Shown: positions 24,575 to 39,307 of the stretch, in pieces
Layout of the letters: each line of letters begins with the position of its first letter
Numbering within the stretch: position 1 is the first letter of the stretch
DNA from: Octopus bimaculoides
Taxonomy: Eukaryota
DNA: 64,000 nucleotides
Direction of reading: 5' to 3'
NCBI RefSeq assembly: GCF_001194135.2
Contig: NC_068985.1
Span: forward strand, 58,597,959-58,661,958
Notes under the pieces: model-generated
What the model saw: the letters and a program-made list of their open reading frames with translations, nothing else
What the model was told of the DNA's origin: nothing
Database searches by the model: none
Translations under genes and position numbers: made by a program

Positions 24575-27180
24575 CAATGTATATTTTTCGCTTCTTTGCT
24601 GCAGAGCGTATATTTTCTCAGATTTTTCAGCCTCTCCCAGTAGTTCCTCTTTCGTAGTCGATTCTTATAGAGGTGTTGTATTGCCTAGAACTTAGCTGTT
24701 AAACTTACGGATTATGGTGGCCGTAACTGGGAGCAGCAATCCTGGCAACGCAGCACGAGAAGTCTCCATAGGTGCAGCATGTTTTCTTTTTATATTTTCT
24801 GAATGGTCTCAGAATTCATCCAGACTGTTGCCTCCACATTATTGGCATCTTAATCATCTGCACATGGAATGACACATCACCACTCGTGCGAAATGTTAGA
24901 TTACGCGCTGACACTACCTATTATACTGCAATACTCTCTGTTTCTGTCTATTCTGATGGAAATCTGTTCGTGTGTCAACACTGCAGTGCTTGAATCCTCG
25001 TCAGCTTTGGGAAATAAATTGTTGACTTCAACCCATTTGTATAATGAGTTCACATCTTTTTGTAGATTTGAGGTATCTTGCGATACTTTTGTATCTTGAT
25101 CATAGCTGGTAAGAGTAGATGACTGAATGAATGAAGATAAATATGAGAGAGCAGCCACCACTATTAGTGATCTCAGTGCAATTCCTAGGAGATCTTAGAG
25201 GAATATTGATGTCTCCTAGGAGAGACTACTATTGGCTGCATCTGCCTTACTCGTCACTTTTAGAAAGTCGTGTAGCTCTTCTCCTAGTTAACAACGGATA
25301 CCATGGTAAAGCAGTTTATCTCATATCATCCAGTAATAGATGTTTTCGAAAGCCTGAGTAAAGGTGCTTGATATATTCACATTTGAATGGTCGTGCGGTT
25401 GTTTTCGTAACCAATCATAATGCTGTTGCAGCTGTGTGAGGCAGTTCTTTCCTGGCGGAAGACGTGCTGCGTATTAGGAAGCAGGTCATTTCCTTCTAAC
25501 AACGTGATCAGCTTCTTTCTGATAATGCGTTCCCTAGTTGTATTGATATGTGAGATAAGAGAGATAGGCCTATAAATGTTAACACCTACTCTACTCCTTC
25601 CTTTGTAGACAGGATTATAATACCTTCTTTTAAAATTTTGGGAAGTTTACTATCTACGATGAAACTCAAGAAAAAATATCTGCAGTGATTTGGCTATAGT
25701 TTTCTTGCATGTCTTTAAAAGAATTTAAAAATCCCCGCCGCCGAGTACGAGTTCAATTGCCGATAAATCTTTTATGTCGATGTAATAAATAGTTGACTTT
25801 TCCCTGTGTGCATTTTCAATGTTTAAGAACTCATCAAGCTTGCTTAATTGCAAGAGAGACTTTGCGACCGATTTTACTTGAGGATCTCTTTTCGAATCGA
25901 TTTCTGGATAGCCATGTAGAAATTCAGGCTCGAAAGCGTTTGGATAGATCTTGTATTTTATACATCTTTGAGGAGTTTGGGTCCATAAATTGCTGATTCT
26001 GTTATGTTGTAGTCTGAGTGTATTGTTGGCAACACATTCATATTTTGGCTAAATTCCACTTTATTGGTCAAGCAGTGGACCAGATTCTGGTCCCTGGGTA
26101 GGTATAGAACAGTTTTCCATAAATATACTCTTTGTAAGATCAAGCAGGGATTTTGCTCTTTTTGCTTGTCATTCCTGACATTATGGCCAACTAATGTTGG
26201 AGTAGTTCCAGTCACATCAGAAGAACACTGATGTTTTGATTTAGTTTCATTCATACTTCTTTTATAATTTTAAAGCTTTCCTAAATTTTGCAACGTGATT
26301 TAAGGTGTCACACGGACGCAGTGTACATTTTATTACATTGAATTGCTTTATATACATTATATGTGCTTCATAAACTGAGTCTGAATGCGACAAAATGGTT
26401 AAGAGTGTAGCATCTTCTCCTATGTACAGCTTTTTTTCTGCCTGTGCAAAACAGAACACACTTGGGTATGTGTATCTACGCATTGTTTATATCTTCAGAC
26501 AGATGTATTTTGGTAAGTGATATAGGCATGCTTTGATTACGTGTAGAAATAATTCACACAAATTAACTGTATTATTGGTGAGATGTTTGGGATTGGGTCT
26601 GTGGTAACGAAGGTCTTTTAGGCCTATAATACACGATAATCTTTTGTGCGAGCATGAATTTTGTTTAGTTATTTTTGTGGCCATGACAGCTGGTATACTA
26701 TCTTTTGTGCCACAGCTAAAATATTCACCGATTCGTTCACTGCGGTTCACACTGCATCTGCATATCATTTTCAATGAGTGTACGTGGTGCATTTTGCTTC
26801 TTCTTTACTGCTAGAATTTTATTGTGGCCTTTCTGTGTACTGTTATAATTATGTGTGGAATAGTTACCTATTTGAGACCTATTCCATCCGAATTTGTAAT
26901 GAATATATCGGTAATTTGTCCTTATTTCTCCATACCAAGAGTCATCCTTTATGTAAAATATACAAGTGGTCCACATTTTGTTTACTGCTTTCCAGTTAAG
27001 TTTCTGTGTATTTTAATCCATTAAAAAAAAAAATTACTTTTACTTACCGCTTTTGTTGTCTTCCCCCGTTTGATGTCTTCCTTTTTCTTCACCGTTATTT
27101 GAGGGGTGCTATTTTAGACGCCTGGGGTATTGATATTTTGGTGAAGTTTTAGCTTCTTTTCCGGACCTCTCACATTTGTA
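24575..27180 (-). mobile_element. CR1-group (CR1/L2/Crack-like) LINE, heavily degenerate ORF2
   Basis: IYRPISLISH..ERIIRKKLITLLEGNDLLPNTQHVFRQ..CLTQL; AFE; YDQDTKVS..LQKDVNSLYKW (YADD-like); GWILRPF; NYWERL..YTLQQRSE. The upstream AP-endonuclease part and 5' boundary are less certain. Confidence 0.85.
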
Positions 27181-27829
27181 TGTTTGTTCATTAATGGCTA
27201 TTGAGCTGGTTATGTTGATTCCATTTCGTATATTTGAATTGCATTAATTTATTCCTTGATAATTATTTTCTATTACTTGCTTCTGTAGTGGTTATAGTTT
27301 TTGCTAGTTGTTGCTGTTATAGTTGTTACTGCTTATCAGTCTATCTGATAAAAAAAACATTCGATTCGCAACTAGCCGGACCCATTTTGTATGATATGGG
27401 CGGCAATGTATTATGTAAGATACTATTTCTTCTTAAAGGGTGCAGTTTGTAATTTTATGGGGAATTAGCTGATATAATTGAGAAATTGTAGTTGGTCTCA
27501 TATTTTTCGATAGTATTGGACATGCCCTCTTTAGCATAAGATAAACCAACCGAATATACGAACAGCTTAACAGTTTTCGGAATGATTAGAGGTCACTTCA
27601 TTTAGCTTCCCCTCGATAAATCCCTAACGCAAAATATGGATATGTTACATTTATCAAACCCTAAATTAAGAAATACCATGTGAGATCGAAAAAACAAAAA
27701 GTTAGCAGCACTGACAACGTCCAGTTCTTCATCCTGTTTCTTGTTCAAATGAATGTAATTTATTTTAAATTAAATTTATTTTAAAATTCAACTCATTTAA
27801 AAATAACCTGGCAACGATATACAGTTCGG

Positions 27830-28260
27830 AGGACCGCTTTCCAACCATATAGTTTCGGGTTCAGCTCCATTGTGCTGCACTCTAGGGAAGTGTTTTCTAC
27901 TATAGCTCTGGCCCCAGATCATCAAATGCCTTCTGAGAGAATTTAGTTGACAGAAACGGTATAGAAGTCAGTTTTGTATGTGTGTGTGTGTGTGTGTGTG
28001 TCTGTGTCTGTGTGTGTGTTGGTGTGTGTGTGTGCGTACTTGTGTGTATCTGCACACACTCGTGTGTGCATGTGCTTTGTGTTTGTTGTATCCTCTCGCC
28101 GCCGCTTAATAACCGGTGTTTGTTTGTTTATGTCACTTGTATCTTAATGGTTCGAAAAAAAGTACCATTGCAATACGTACTGGGGTCGACTTGGTAGATC
28201 AAATCCTTCGAGACGGTGCTCCTGCATAGCCGCAGTCAATGACTAAAGAGAGTAAAAGAA
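27830..28260 (+). mobile_element. SINE family 2 with internal (TG)n tract
   Basis: Head GGGTTCAGCTCC..GGGAAGTGTTTTCTACTATAGC, microsatellite, tail GGTGCTCCTGCATAGCCGCAGTC..GAGTAAAAGA; compare 49868-50261. Confidence 0.8.
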
Positions 28261-28983
28261 AAGTGTCCCGTGTTGATACCTATTTTACTGTGGATATTTA
28301 TTACACACAATATATAAGGTATATTTATCACTGTCAGTGTACCATTAACCTTACAAAATAAAATTTAAGTTGGTAAATGTTACAATCGAATCAACTTATA
28401 CATATTCGACAACTTACGATACCATATGCAACAAGAGAAAATTCGTTCTAAATATGGATGTGATTAATAATTTAAGAGAACTGACGTTATCTTTATCGTT
28501 CAACAAGCGACGAAGTATAGATTGCGGCTTTCAGTTATGAAACTGCTGCAGGAATAACGCGGAGCAGAATATTAATACATGAACTTCAATGTCAGCAAAA
28601 TTAACTGTAGTGGAAATCTAATACAAAAATCCAATCATATGAATACAATGGGTATTTCATAACATTTACATAATATTATACGCAGGCGTAAAGAGACTTG
28701 CAATCTTGTAATTAACTAATATTGTTGTATGTAATTAATTGAAACATAATTCAATTGTAAATCCGACATATGCAAGCAGAGGAAACTTATGATATCATTC
28801 AAAAATCCACAGTTGCTAATTTGATATTAAGACATTAATATTTATAAAACAACCAGATAAAACAGGTATTGATATATGAGTAAAATAAAAATTTCATTAT
28901 AAATAGAACACGTATCCAATAATAATAAACAAAGCCTTAGCATGGCAAACTGATCAGATGCAAATATTCAACATACATACAAG

Positions 28984-29031
<48 letters not shown>

Positions 29032-29990
29032 TATAGAGAGAGAGAGATATATATATATATATANNNNNNNNNNNNNNNNNNNNNNNNNNNNNNNNNNNNN
29101 NNNNNNNNNNNNNNNNNNNNNNNNNNNNNNNNNNNNNNNNNNNNNNNNNNNNNNNNNNNNNNNNNNNNNNNNNNNNNNNNNNNNNNNNNNNNNNNNNNNN
29201 NNNNNNNNNNNNNNNNNNNNNNNNNNNNNNNNNNNNNNNNNNNNNNNNNNNNNNNNNNNNNNNNNNNNNNNNNNNNNNNNNNNNNNNNNNNNNNNNNNNN
29301 NNNNNNNNNNNNNNNNNNNNNNNNNNNNNNNNNNNNNNNNNNNNNNNNNNNNNNNNNNNNNNNNNNNNNNNNNNNNNNNNNNNNNNNNNNNNNNNNNNNN
29401 NNNNNNNNNNNNNNNNNNNNNNNNNNNNNNNNNNNNNNNNNNNNNNNNNNNNNNNNNNNNNNNNNNNNNNNNNNNNNNNNNNNNNNNNNNNNNNNNNNNN
29501 NNNNNNNNNNNNNNNNNNNNNNNNNNNNNNNNNNNNNNNNNNNNNNNNNNNNNNNNNNNNNNNNNNNNNNNNNNNNNNNNNNNNNNNNNNNNNNNNNNNN
29601 NNNNNNNNNNNNNNNNNNNNNNNNNNNNNNNNNNNNNNNNNNNNNNNNNNNNNNNNNNNNNNNNNNNNNNNNNNNNNNNNNNNNNNNNNNNNNNNNNNNN
29701 NNNNNNNNNNNNNNNNNNNNNNNNNNNNNNNNNNNNNNNNNNNNNNNNNNNNNNNNNNNNNNNNNNNNNNNNNNNNNNNNNNNNNNNNNNNNNNNNNNNN
29801 NNNNNNNNNNNNNNNNNNNNNNNNNNNNNNNNNNNNNNNNNNNNNNNNNNNNNNNNNNNNNNNNNNNNNNNNNNNNNNNNNNNNNNNNNNNNNNNNNNNN
29901 NNNNNNNNNNNNNNNNNNNNNNNNNNNNNNNNNNNNNNNNNNNNNNNNNNNNNNNNNNNNNNNNNNNNNNNNNNNNNNNNNNNNNNNNNN

Positions 29991-30150
29991 ACAAGGCCAG
30001 CAATTTCGATTACACTTAATTTCAGCGACGCTTTAAAGGTTGAAAGGTAAACTCGGCCTTGGTGGAATTTGATCCCAGAACTTAGAGACGGACGAAATCC
30101 CTCTTAGCATTCTGCCTTTCGTGCTAACGATTCTAGAAGCTTGCTGCCTT
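29991..30150 (-). mobile_element. SINE family 1, diverged
   Basis: Similar to the reverse complement of 10662-10891. Confidence 0.7.
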
Positions 30151-30599
30151 AAAAGTTCATTAATATTGAGTTATATTAACAATTAGATAGATGACGTTTT
30201 TAAAAGAGTAAGAAAGGAAAAAGTAAGGGAAGATTTTTCTTTTTCTTGTTTTTCGTTTTTCAATTTGTGCTGTAGTGCATGAAGGAGGATTCATCGCAGC
30301 TAGTTTTGCTCTTTGGGCTGTTTTATGTTAATATTGCTTTGTATATGTTTTTAAGGTAAAGATTCAAGTTATGATTGTACTTATAATGATATCAATTGTT
30401 TTTATCCGTCCATAGTCTACTCTTCAGCGTTCTAGTTGATTGACTTTCTGGTGATGTCATGTGTGTGTCATTTGTTTTCATCCCTTGTTTTGATCCAGTG
30501 CTCTGGTGTGTTGCTTTTCTGCTTATGCCTTTTGTTTTTATCAAAGGATTTGGAAACTTGTTTTTGCTTGAGGTTCGTTTGGTTTTATTCTTTTAAGAA

Positions 30600-30845
30600 G
30601 CCACTGTTCTCGGTCAGCTCAGTGTGTATTTTGAAGAGGACCTGCCTTAGAAAAGGACTGGCGACATTGTCTTGATGCAGCGTCTTGAAAAGCGTCACAA
30701 GGCAGCATCCACCCGAATCGAGTCAACAGACACTTGCTGTGACATCTGTGGGCATCTGTGTGTATTCAGCTTTTGACTGCGGAGTCTCATCGCTGAAAAC
30801 ACTGACTTTGTCATCATCAGACACCGATGGGCTACCTACCATCTG
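30600..30845 (+). mobile_element. RTE-type LINE 3' end remnant
   Basis: FEEDLP*KRTGD..CCDICGHLCVFSF*LRS (C-terminal zinc-finger-like), ending in GTCATCATCAGACACCGATGGGCTACCTAC. Confidence 0.55.
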
Positions 30846-31895
30846 CGAGGAAATCCTTATATTTATTGACACAAGTATTGATTTCTTGTATAGTATTACA
30901 ATACTCTACCAACCTTGCTATGCGCATGGAAAATACAATTAATGGATGTTTTAAGAGCAACGAATTAAGCCAAATATCTAACTCTTTTGGAAATCTAAAC
31001 TTGAAGTCACAATAGAAACCTGTTAAAAGACCGGATGAACTTTGATGTATCTTCACTTGTTGATATTGTAAATGTTCCGCCATTGTAAAACTAAGCTGAA
31101 AAAGCATCAAGTGAAAACGAAGCTTGTACACTAGCTTAGAAATGTTTAAGCTAAATCCAAGAATATTGTAGTTGAATCACAATTTGATGCAATATCTAGA
31201 GGACATTAATAAAGAAACTGTGGTATACTTTTGTCATCTGAAGAAATAATATGTCTAAAACGTGAAGTTGAGGAATCAAACCCAGTGTTATATAATCTTT
31301 ACTTTCATTCTAGATTCTTTTATTGCACCAAAATACATTGAGATCGTTTCAATTCTAAACTTTGATATCAAAGTCTGCAAATTTATGTTGCTTTAATAAG
31401 ATTTGTAATTTATATTTTTGGTAAAGAAGAGGTTAATAATTGCAAAGCAATTTTGAAATAACTCTAGTAATAAACCGTTATTTAGTGCATTAAATTTGCG
31501 TCGAAGAAATGAGCGATGCTTTAATGAGAGGCGATGAACTGTAATATCTAAAAACATCAGTTCTTCCAAAGATCTATTTCAGATTTGTCAATGTGATTGC
31601 TGAATTTAGAAAGTATACACCTGCTTCACCACTTTGTCATCATATATACCTATGTATAAATAGCATAGTTTTGAGTATATCAACAATAGTTTTGAGGAAA
31701 ACGAGGTTAAACAACAATTTCTGAAAACAATGTGACATCTCTTAACACAAAACCACTAAGAACAGGGATGTAAACAAAATAACAGCAGTTATTAAGCAGT
31801 AATTGATAAATGTGATGCTTCACATCGAGTTTAAAAAATACGCACGCACCACACATGCACGCACACGCACACGCACTGACACACACACACGCACT

Positions 31896-31943
<48 letters not shown>

Positions 31944-32089
31944 TAAGTAAATCGGAAATAAAAATAGCCAATAACAAAACGGCAAAGGTCAAAAGGGACG
32001 TTCATATGGAATGTATCATCTTGATGCGTAGTAGAAGATGCATAAAAGAGGTGTATAACGTTTCGAATATGGCTCTTCGTTTGGCTTTC

Positions 32090-32457
32090 AATAAAAGAAA
32101 ATACAGGAGGACCAGTTAACTATTGTTTTCTACTTGTGTTATTGATTCTTTTGCCGGACCGTAAAGTTACGGGGACGTAAACACAATAACACTGGTTTCA
32201 AGGAGTGATGAGGGGAACAAACACAAACGCTTACACACAATCATACATGTATATACATACATACATACATACATACACACACACACACGCACACACATAT
32301 GCATATATATATATATTTCTATATATATATGTTGTGTTTAACGTTTTTTTATGTCCTGTACCCATATATGCATGTATGTATACATATATATGTAAGTATG
32401 TACATATATATATGTATATAGGAATATATTTATATGCCATTTATATTATATTATATC

Positions 32458-32522
<65 letters not shown>

Positions 32523-32800
32523 CGTAATATATATCATATATTGTATAAAATATAATCCACCCACTCAGATGCAGACACTCATACATACACAGACACACAC
32601 ACTCACACGTTCACACTCTCGCACATGCAGGCACACACACACACACACTCACACAGCGGGATTTCACAGTTTCCATTTACTAAATTTAGTCCACTCGAGG
32701 CTATATCAGGAGCTACTTACTCGAATTCCCTCGCTTGGGAAGTGAACCTGAAATCATGTTGCTGCAAAACGATTTTCTTAACCATACAACCATCCTAACA
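32090..32800 (-). mobile_element. SINE family 2, both halves separated by about 400 bp of microsatellite
   Basis: Tail half 32090-32230, head half 32655-32800, (CA)/(TA) between. Confidence 0.7.
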
Positions 32801-34905
32801 ACTGTTAGCGATAATATCTTATTATTTTAAAAAGCATTTTTCTAAATAATTATTGTTTTCTAACAGTAGTACAATGTCTCAAATATTGGTTGACAATTCA
32901 TTCGATTATATTGACTGCATTATATAGGGATGAGGATAATTATTTAGCGATTACGGAAATAGAAAAGAAAAGCCACTATCAGTATGATTTGAAAATAAAA
33001 ATATAAAGTATATAGTCGCCACTCGCAATTGTGTATGGCTTGTAGTAGTACTTGTATCATGCTTTTGCAAATTATATTTATTAAGTGCCTATGCAGTCGC
33101 GGGTATACATATGCATCCTTTCATCTGTTCCAACATTGATCCAAAGGAACATCAGGTGGGGGAAAAAAGTTTGCCCCAGCACTAGGTTGGTTCTTATTTT
33201 TAACGAAGTAAACTGGAGCAACGCGAAAAAGACAAAACGCATCAACCGACCCAGGAGTCGAACAACAAAATTTATCTCGTAAGCAGAATACCATAAAACA
33301 CCTGTCACAAGCCTTTTACATTAGAGTTAGAATCCCCATATATTGAAAGTTAATCCAGTCCCACAATGAACTTTGTTGAGCATTCTAGCAATCCAGTACC
33401 ATATTTGCTCAACAATACATAGTTTGTCATATGTATGTATGATCTGCTGTTGTGTGGGCAGGAAGTACTCAATTATATCGATTCCTTGACTCGACTAGTA
33501 CTCTATTTTATGGACGTTTACGTCGACAAAGTTTGATTTCTGAACAACTCATCAGTCACTCTAGCACAAATTGTTTCTAGCGTAGAAACAAGCCCTAAAA
33601 TATCACTGGGGTAGTTAGCCTATAGCACTGACGTCAGTATTTGAATAGTGCTTCATTACATCGTCCATATGTAAATGATAAAAGGCAAATTTTGATCTTG
33701 GTGGAATGTGATACCAGAACGTAAAGCGCTGGAATAAACAACACGAGCCATTTTTCCAAGATTCTAACCATTCTGCCATACCACTGCCTCCCTTTATTTG
33801 TCCAACATGACAGTCAATGGAACAATTATGTATGAATACTTTAAAGCTTTTTCTATATAACTATTGGCAGTTTATCGATTGACACTTCTTATTTATAATA
33901 TAGTTTCTACTCACGGTTTCTCAGTTCTGATTTAAAAGAATAAATTGCAGCTTTTCGTCAAGCTTTCTAGTCATTGTTTTTACAATCTGACACAAAGTCA
34001 GTTTTACATGCAATGCAGTAGTTGAATGTTGAGACATTATATTGCTATTATTGGTATTATCGTCATTATATTCGAATCATAGTAATGATTATACTATATA
34101 ACGTAATAAGTATATGACAGATGGTAGAGTAAATGTATTAAATAAGGCATAAATTGGGTATTATATAAATAAAGCATCATTTTAGTAACAATGTAATTCA
34201 AACACTCACAGCATATCGACCACAGAATACTCATTCCAACGTCGTTAGTAGAAGATAAACAGCGAGGAGGTGGAGAAAGGTAAAGAACTAAAGCAACAAA
34301 GTAAGTCTTTAAATGAAGTATAACATTTCAACAGTTAAGAGATGAATTTGCTATAAAAATGTGAAGAGATTTGAATTACGTGCGATGGAGGGACGAGTAA
34401 TAAAATCAAATTTTGTTTTTATGTGAGTGCAAAAAACTATTGGGAATTATAAAACGTACAATGGTTATGAGTATTTCCTTTTAATTACTGCCAGAATCCT
34501 GGGAGTGTTAATATTAGAAACGTGATAGGTTTTAGAGGCGTATAATACGATAAATTTGGAGATTAAATGGTTTTCTGTTGACATACATACATACATATGA
34601 GCGTGGGTGTGTGTATACATACATACATATATATATATATACATATACATACATACATATNNNNNNNNNNNNNNNNNNNNNNNNNNNNNNNNNNNNNNNN
34701 NNNNNNNNNNNNNNNNNNNNNNNNNNNNNNNNNNNNNNNNNNNNNNNNNNNNNNNNNNNNNNNNNNNNNNNNNNNNNNNNNNNNNNNNNNNNNNNNNNNN
34801 NNNNNNNNNNNNNNNNNNNNNNNNNNNNNNNNNNNNNNNNNNNNNNNNNNNNNNNNNNNNNNNNNNNNNNNNNNNNNNNNNNNNNNNNNNNNNNNNNNNN
34901 NNNNN

Positions 34906-34936
<31 letters not shown>

Positions 34937-35689
34937 GTATGCATGTATGTATAAACCCGTCATTTTAGCTTTATACGCCTTCATACTCCCAAAGATAAGT
35001 TTTGTTTGCCAGTGTGCGAGCGTGTATTGATACACATCTTTAGATACCACCTGTAGATATAGGGAAATTGAAACGGTTTGTAAAGTACTACCGAACATAA
35101 TAAATGTTTTGCCACGGGCAGAATTTTTCTTTATCGGTTTCAAGAAATAGATGAGTGCCTGAGGGACCTGCGAGCACAAACAGTAAATATTTGGATTCGA
35201 CAGTGGCAAACGTGAAAATATATTGTTTTGAATTATCTGCACATACTTGAGTGTTAGTGATTGATCTCTCTCAAGTAAATAACGAACAAATGAGGCAGTA
35301 GATAAGTTAGAGAAATTGTGTAAAATAGAGAAATAGCTCGGTATTAATCTTTTACTACAACGTGTTGTGAAAAGCCTAGAAGTAAGGACGGCTTTTGAAA
35401 TTATGTCATCAATAAATAAATAGATGAATGCCCATATACATGTAGATCTACATGCATTTGGATATAGAATTATAGTGTTCGCGTAAGCGCCTCAATCCGT
35501 ATATGTATATACTAAACCACCCTCGCTTGAAACACACACATGCTCACCCACATTCACGCCAAAAACTCTACATATACGTACATATACATATATATACCCG
35601 CATACACGGGTATACCCGTATACTATAGACCTTTTTACTCCCATACTTTACCCCCTCCCCTAACTTAGGGGTCTATAGCTCTTTTGTCG

Positions 35690-35915
35690 TAATAACGGTC
35701 AACAACACAGTAATTTCCCTTTGTTTAACGGTCATTTTTCACAGGAATTTTCAATGGCCGGATAACTGAAGTGATGTTTGCGTGGGTTCCCACCCCGGCT
35801 TCCGAAACTCGGAGTTTTATCATGGCTACTGAATAAGTGTCACATATTTTTACAGATAAATTCCTCTATTTACATAATATTGAGGTCTCTTTCTTTCTTT
35901 TGTTGTCCTTTCTAT
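35690..35915 (+). mobile_element. Penelope-type terminal repeat with degenerate hammerhead (35761-35821)
   Basis: Stem I GATAA/TTATC, CTGAAGT, GAAA-CTC-G-GAG-TT. Confidence 0.5.
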
Positions 35916-35924
35916 TAATATATG

Positions 35925-36016
<92 letters not shown>

Positions 36017-37354
36017 TGTGCTTTTGTATTTGTGCCCCTCGTCACAGTACTTGACAGCCGTTGTTGTCATAAACGTGTGCCATTCAAAGATCTATGAGTC
36101 TTTTTATAGTTTAAGGAATAATAACAGTGGTGAATTTAGCCTGGAAAAATACTGTAATTAAATCCCCTTTGATCTCTTCAAACAAAGCACATATTCTAAA
36201 AAGTGTGTGAACTAAATCGTTTTTCCAAGCCACTGACATGCATTGTCGTGTGTGTCTATAGATGTGAGTATGTGTGTGAGTGTGTGTATATCTATGCTTA
36301 TGTGCTTGTATATGAGTGGTTTGATCATTTTATCTCCTTAAAAAACTGTCTTTTCAAAGTAACAAGAACCTTGCTAGGTGTGCCACGAAATTAGAAAATT
36401 CTTTCTGGCATGCGCGATCCGGATAGATTTCAGTAGTTGGATACACAAGTTGTCTCATTATTCTCAGCAGGATATGACTTCCAATATATTTCATTTGCCT
36501 ACTATACCTACAATATCCAGTCATTTGTACCGGAAAAGAGAAATCAATATATTAGGTTATAAATTATCATTTTATTACGTCTATATTATAAACTAGTTTA
36601 AGCCTGTTTGATGTGATACTGAAATGTTTAGTCAAACGAATTTATATAACGGTAATATATTTATAAATGACAAAGACGGAATCAGAAATTTGTTGATTGG
36701 AAGTGACGATCTTTGATATTAATGTTAACAATTTTGATACGTTCTAAAATCTATAATTAGGAGTTGGTATAGGTTGGGTCACAAGTTCATGTCATACGGT
36801 CACTCGAAATATCGACTGGTGACTTGCAGATTTCTTTAACTAGAGTTCAGTATATTCTTTACGTTATATACTGCGTTTGTATCTCTGCATTTTAACGAGA
36901 ACTGATTGGAGAGTGACAGAGTGCTTTAAAATATACGTATGTACATGCAGCTACAAAACTGTAGTTGAGAACATCGATTCTCTCTAACGTGGCTTGCCGT
37001 CTTTAAACCAGCTGTTCAGCATTTGGGAAAGTGCTATCAAAAATAGATTGAAGTTGTTCAATTTTTATGAGAGAAAATAATAATTGATGCATTTGGTTTT
37101 GTAAGTAAATGCCTAAGTGCCAATCTGAAACATCTAGGGTTTTCGGAAAAAGAAATCAACCAGCAAACAACTATATTAAAAAGAGAAATCTGTAAGATGA
37201 ACAGTAAAATAAAAACTTTTCGCAGGTTCAAATATGATAATGCGTTTGTTATCTATATGTGAATGATGGAGCTTTGTACCTTAGAAGGATGTTCTTTCTT
37301 TGCATGAAGATCTCAAATAATGAAACGTAGAAGAGAATATACATACACACATAT

Positions 37355-37560
37355 GTGGTTTCAAATTTTGGTACATGGCCAGCAATTTCGGAGGAGGGGT
37401 TCAGTCGATTAAATTCACACCAATGCTCAACTGGTTCTTATTTTACCGACCGCGAAAGCATGAAAGACAAAATCGAACCCGGCAGCATTTCATCCCAGGA
37501 CGTAAAGATGGAAGAAATGCCGCAAAGTATTTCTTCCAGGAGTGCTATTAATTCTGCCAT
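37355..37560 (-). mobile_element. SINE family 1
   Basis: Similar to the reverse complement of 45287-45501. Confidence 0.75.
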
Positions 37561-38412
37561 CTCAAATGCACAGCAAATATTAACATGTATGACATCGCCA
37601 TGCAAAATCGGATCGCTCACAATCCGAGCTTGTATAGTTTGGTGAGTCCCGACAACACTGCTGCCAGCTTAGCCTAGTAACGGGGATTGCCTTCTAAGGA
37701 ACCAGAGAATACGTCATCATATAAGAGTACAGATAATCTAGTGCAGCGTCAACGGTAAAGATAATAGTGCGGTGAAATATACATTCGGGGTTCCTGCATG
37801 GTGTTGTTGAAACACCAGTAACAGAGAGGTGACCTTCTTTATCGTTTAAGCTTGTAGAAAGAAGTTTAGTCGAACAGAAACATGGTGATTTTGCTAATAT
37901 GGGCGTCCTGCATCGCCTTCTCTCTGAAGTATTTTCTTTTGGTGATTGTTAGTCATTGCTGTAATATTCTCTAGGTCTCAACTAATATTTAATATGGAAG
38001 TTTATGATAATGGTAATAAACACAACCGAAGATCATGTACGCTAACCATATTCTTGCGGATACACGCGAGATCGCGCGCACATGAAATTGCATAATTATA
38101 ATGCTATATAGTATACATATGCAGACACGTTTAAATATATGGACATATACGAAAAGCGTTATAAACACAGAAGAGTTAAATACCTTTGTTCTCTATACAA
38201 GCTTCACCAGTTTGGTTATTTGCGCTTTCTATAGTAAGTGTTAATAATGCAATTGGATGCAGATCCACAAAGGTATTTCAAGGGTACACTTCATTATATT
38301 ATGTTGACAGTAACACCGAGCAAATACTTAGACACATACACACACAAACACACATTCAAACACACAAACGCGAGCACACAAACACACACATATGTATGCA
38401 TATATCCCTTTC

Positions 38413-38443
<31 letters not shown>

Positions 38444-38550
38444 GTCTCTCTTTCTCTCTATGTATGTATTTATTTATGTATGTATCTATCTATCTATCTA
38501 ACTGTCTATCTGCCTCTCTCTCGCTCTCTCTTCTCTCTCTCGCTCTCTCT

Positions 38551-38602
<52 letters not shown>

Positions 38603-38612
38603 NNNNNNNNNN

Positions 38613-38694
<82 letters not shown>

Positions 38695-39263
38695 TATGAG
38701 TAGAGAGATAGATAAAGAGTGAGGGGGAGAGACAAACAGATAGATAGACAGCTAGATAGACGAGCAGACAGACAGATAAGTATGTATGTATGTATGTATG
38801 TATGTATCTATGTACATATGTATGTATGTATGTTACTCTAAGAAGCGATGCACAATGATAGTATCTCTGACACGAGACAGATCTAACAAATTGATTAGAA
38901 TTTCCACCTCAGTTGAGTTGGGGACAGGCAAGAATTTACAGGCATAATCTCGGATGAGTTATAGGAGTGAAAATCAAAATAAATAACGAAATGTTGAAAG
39001 CATTTAATAAGTACGTTTCAGATTATTGTGAAATATGTTATAGAAAATACATCCATTGTGCAAGAGCGTTCACAGTGAATACATTATGTAATGTATTTAT
39101 TTCAGAAGGTCTCGCGTGAGGTTTGTATTTCCTATTATTTTGATGTGTTACCTATTATAATCTGCAATGCATGCGTTAAATGCTTATAAAATATCATTAC
39201 TCGCTTTGATTTTATTACAATAAATTTTTTGAGAGCATATGTGTGAAAGTGTGTGTCTCACAA

Positions 39264-39307
<44 letters not shown>

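Noticed and set aside
35140-35215. EIDECLRD, resembling the start of a calcium-binding EGF domain
   Set aside because: The required cysteines need multiple frameshifts and a stop follows; likely chance.
39020-39120. YCEICYRKYIHC zinc-finger-like peptide and a 15-nt micro-exon candidate
   Set aside because: No C2H2 spacing or linker; splice signals unremarkable.
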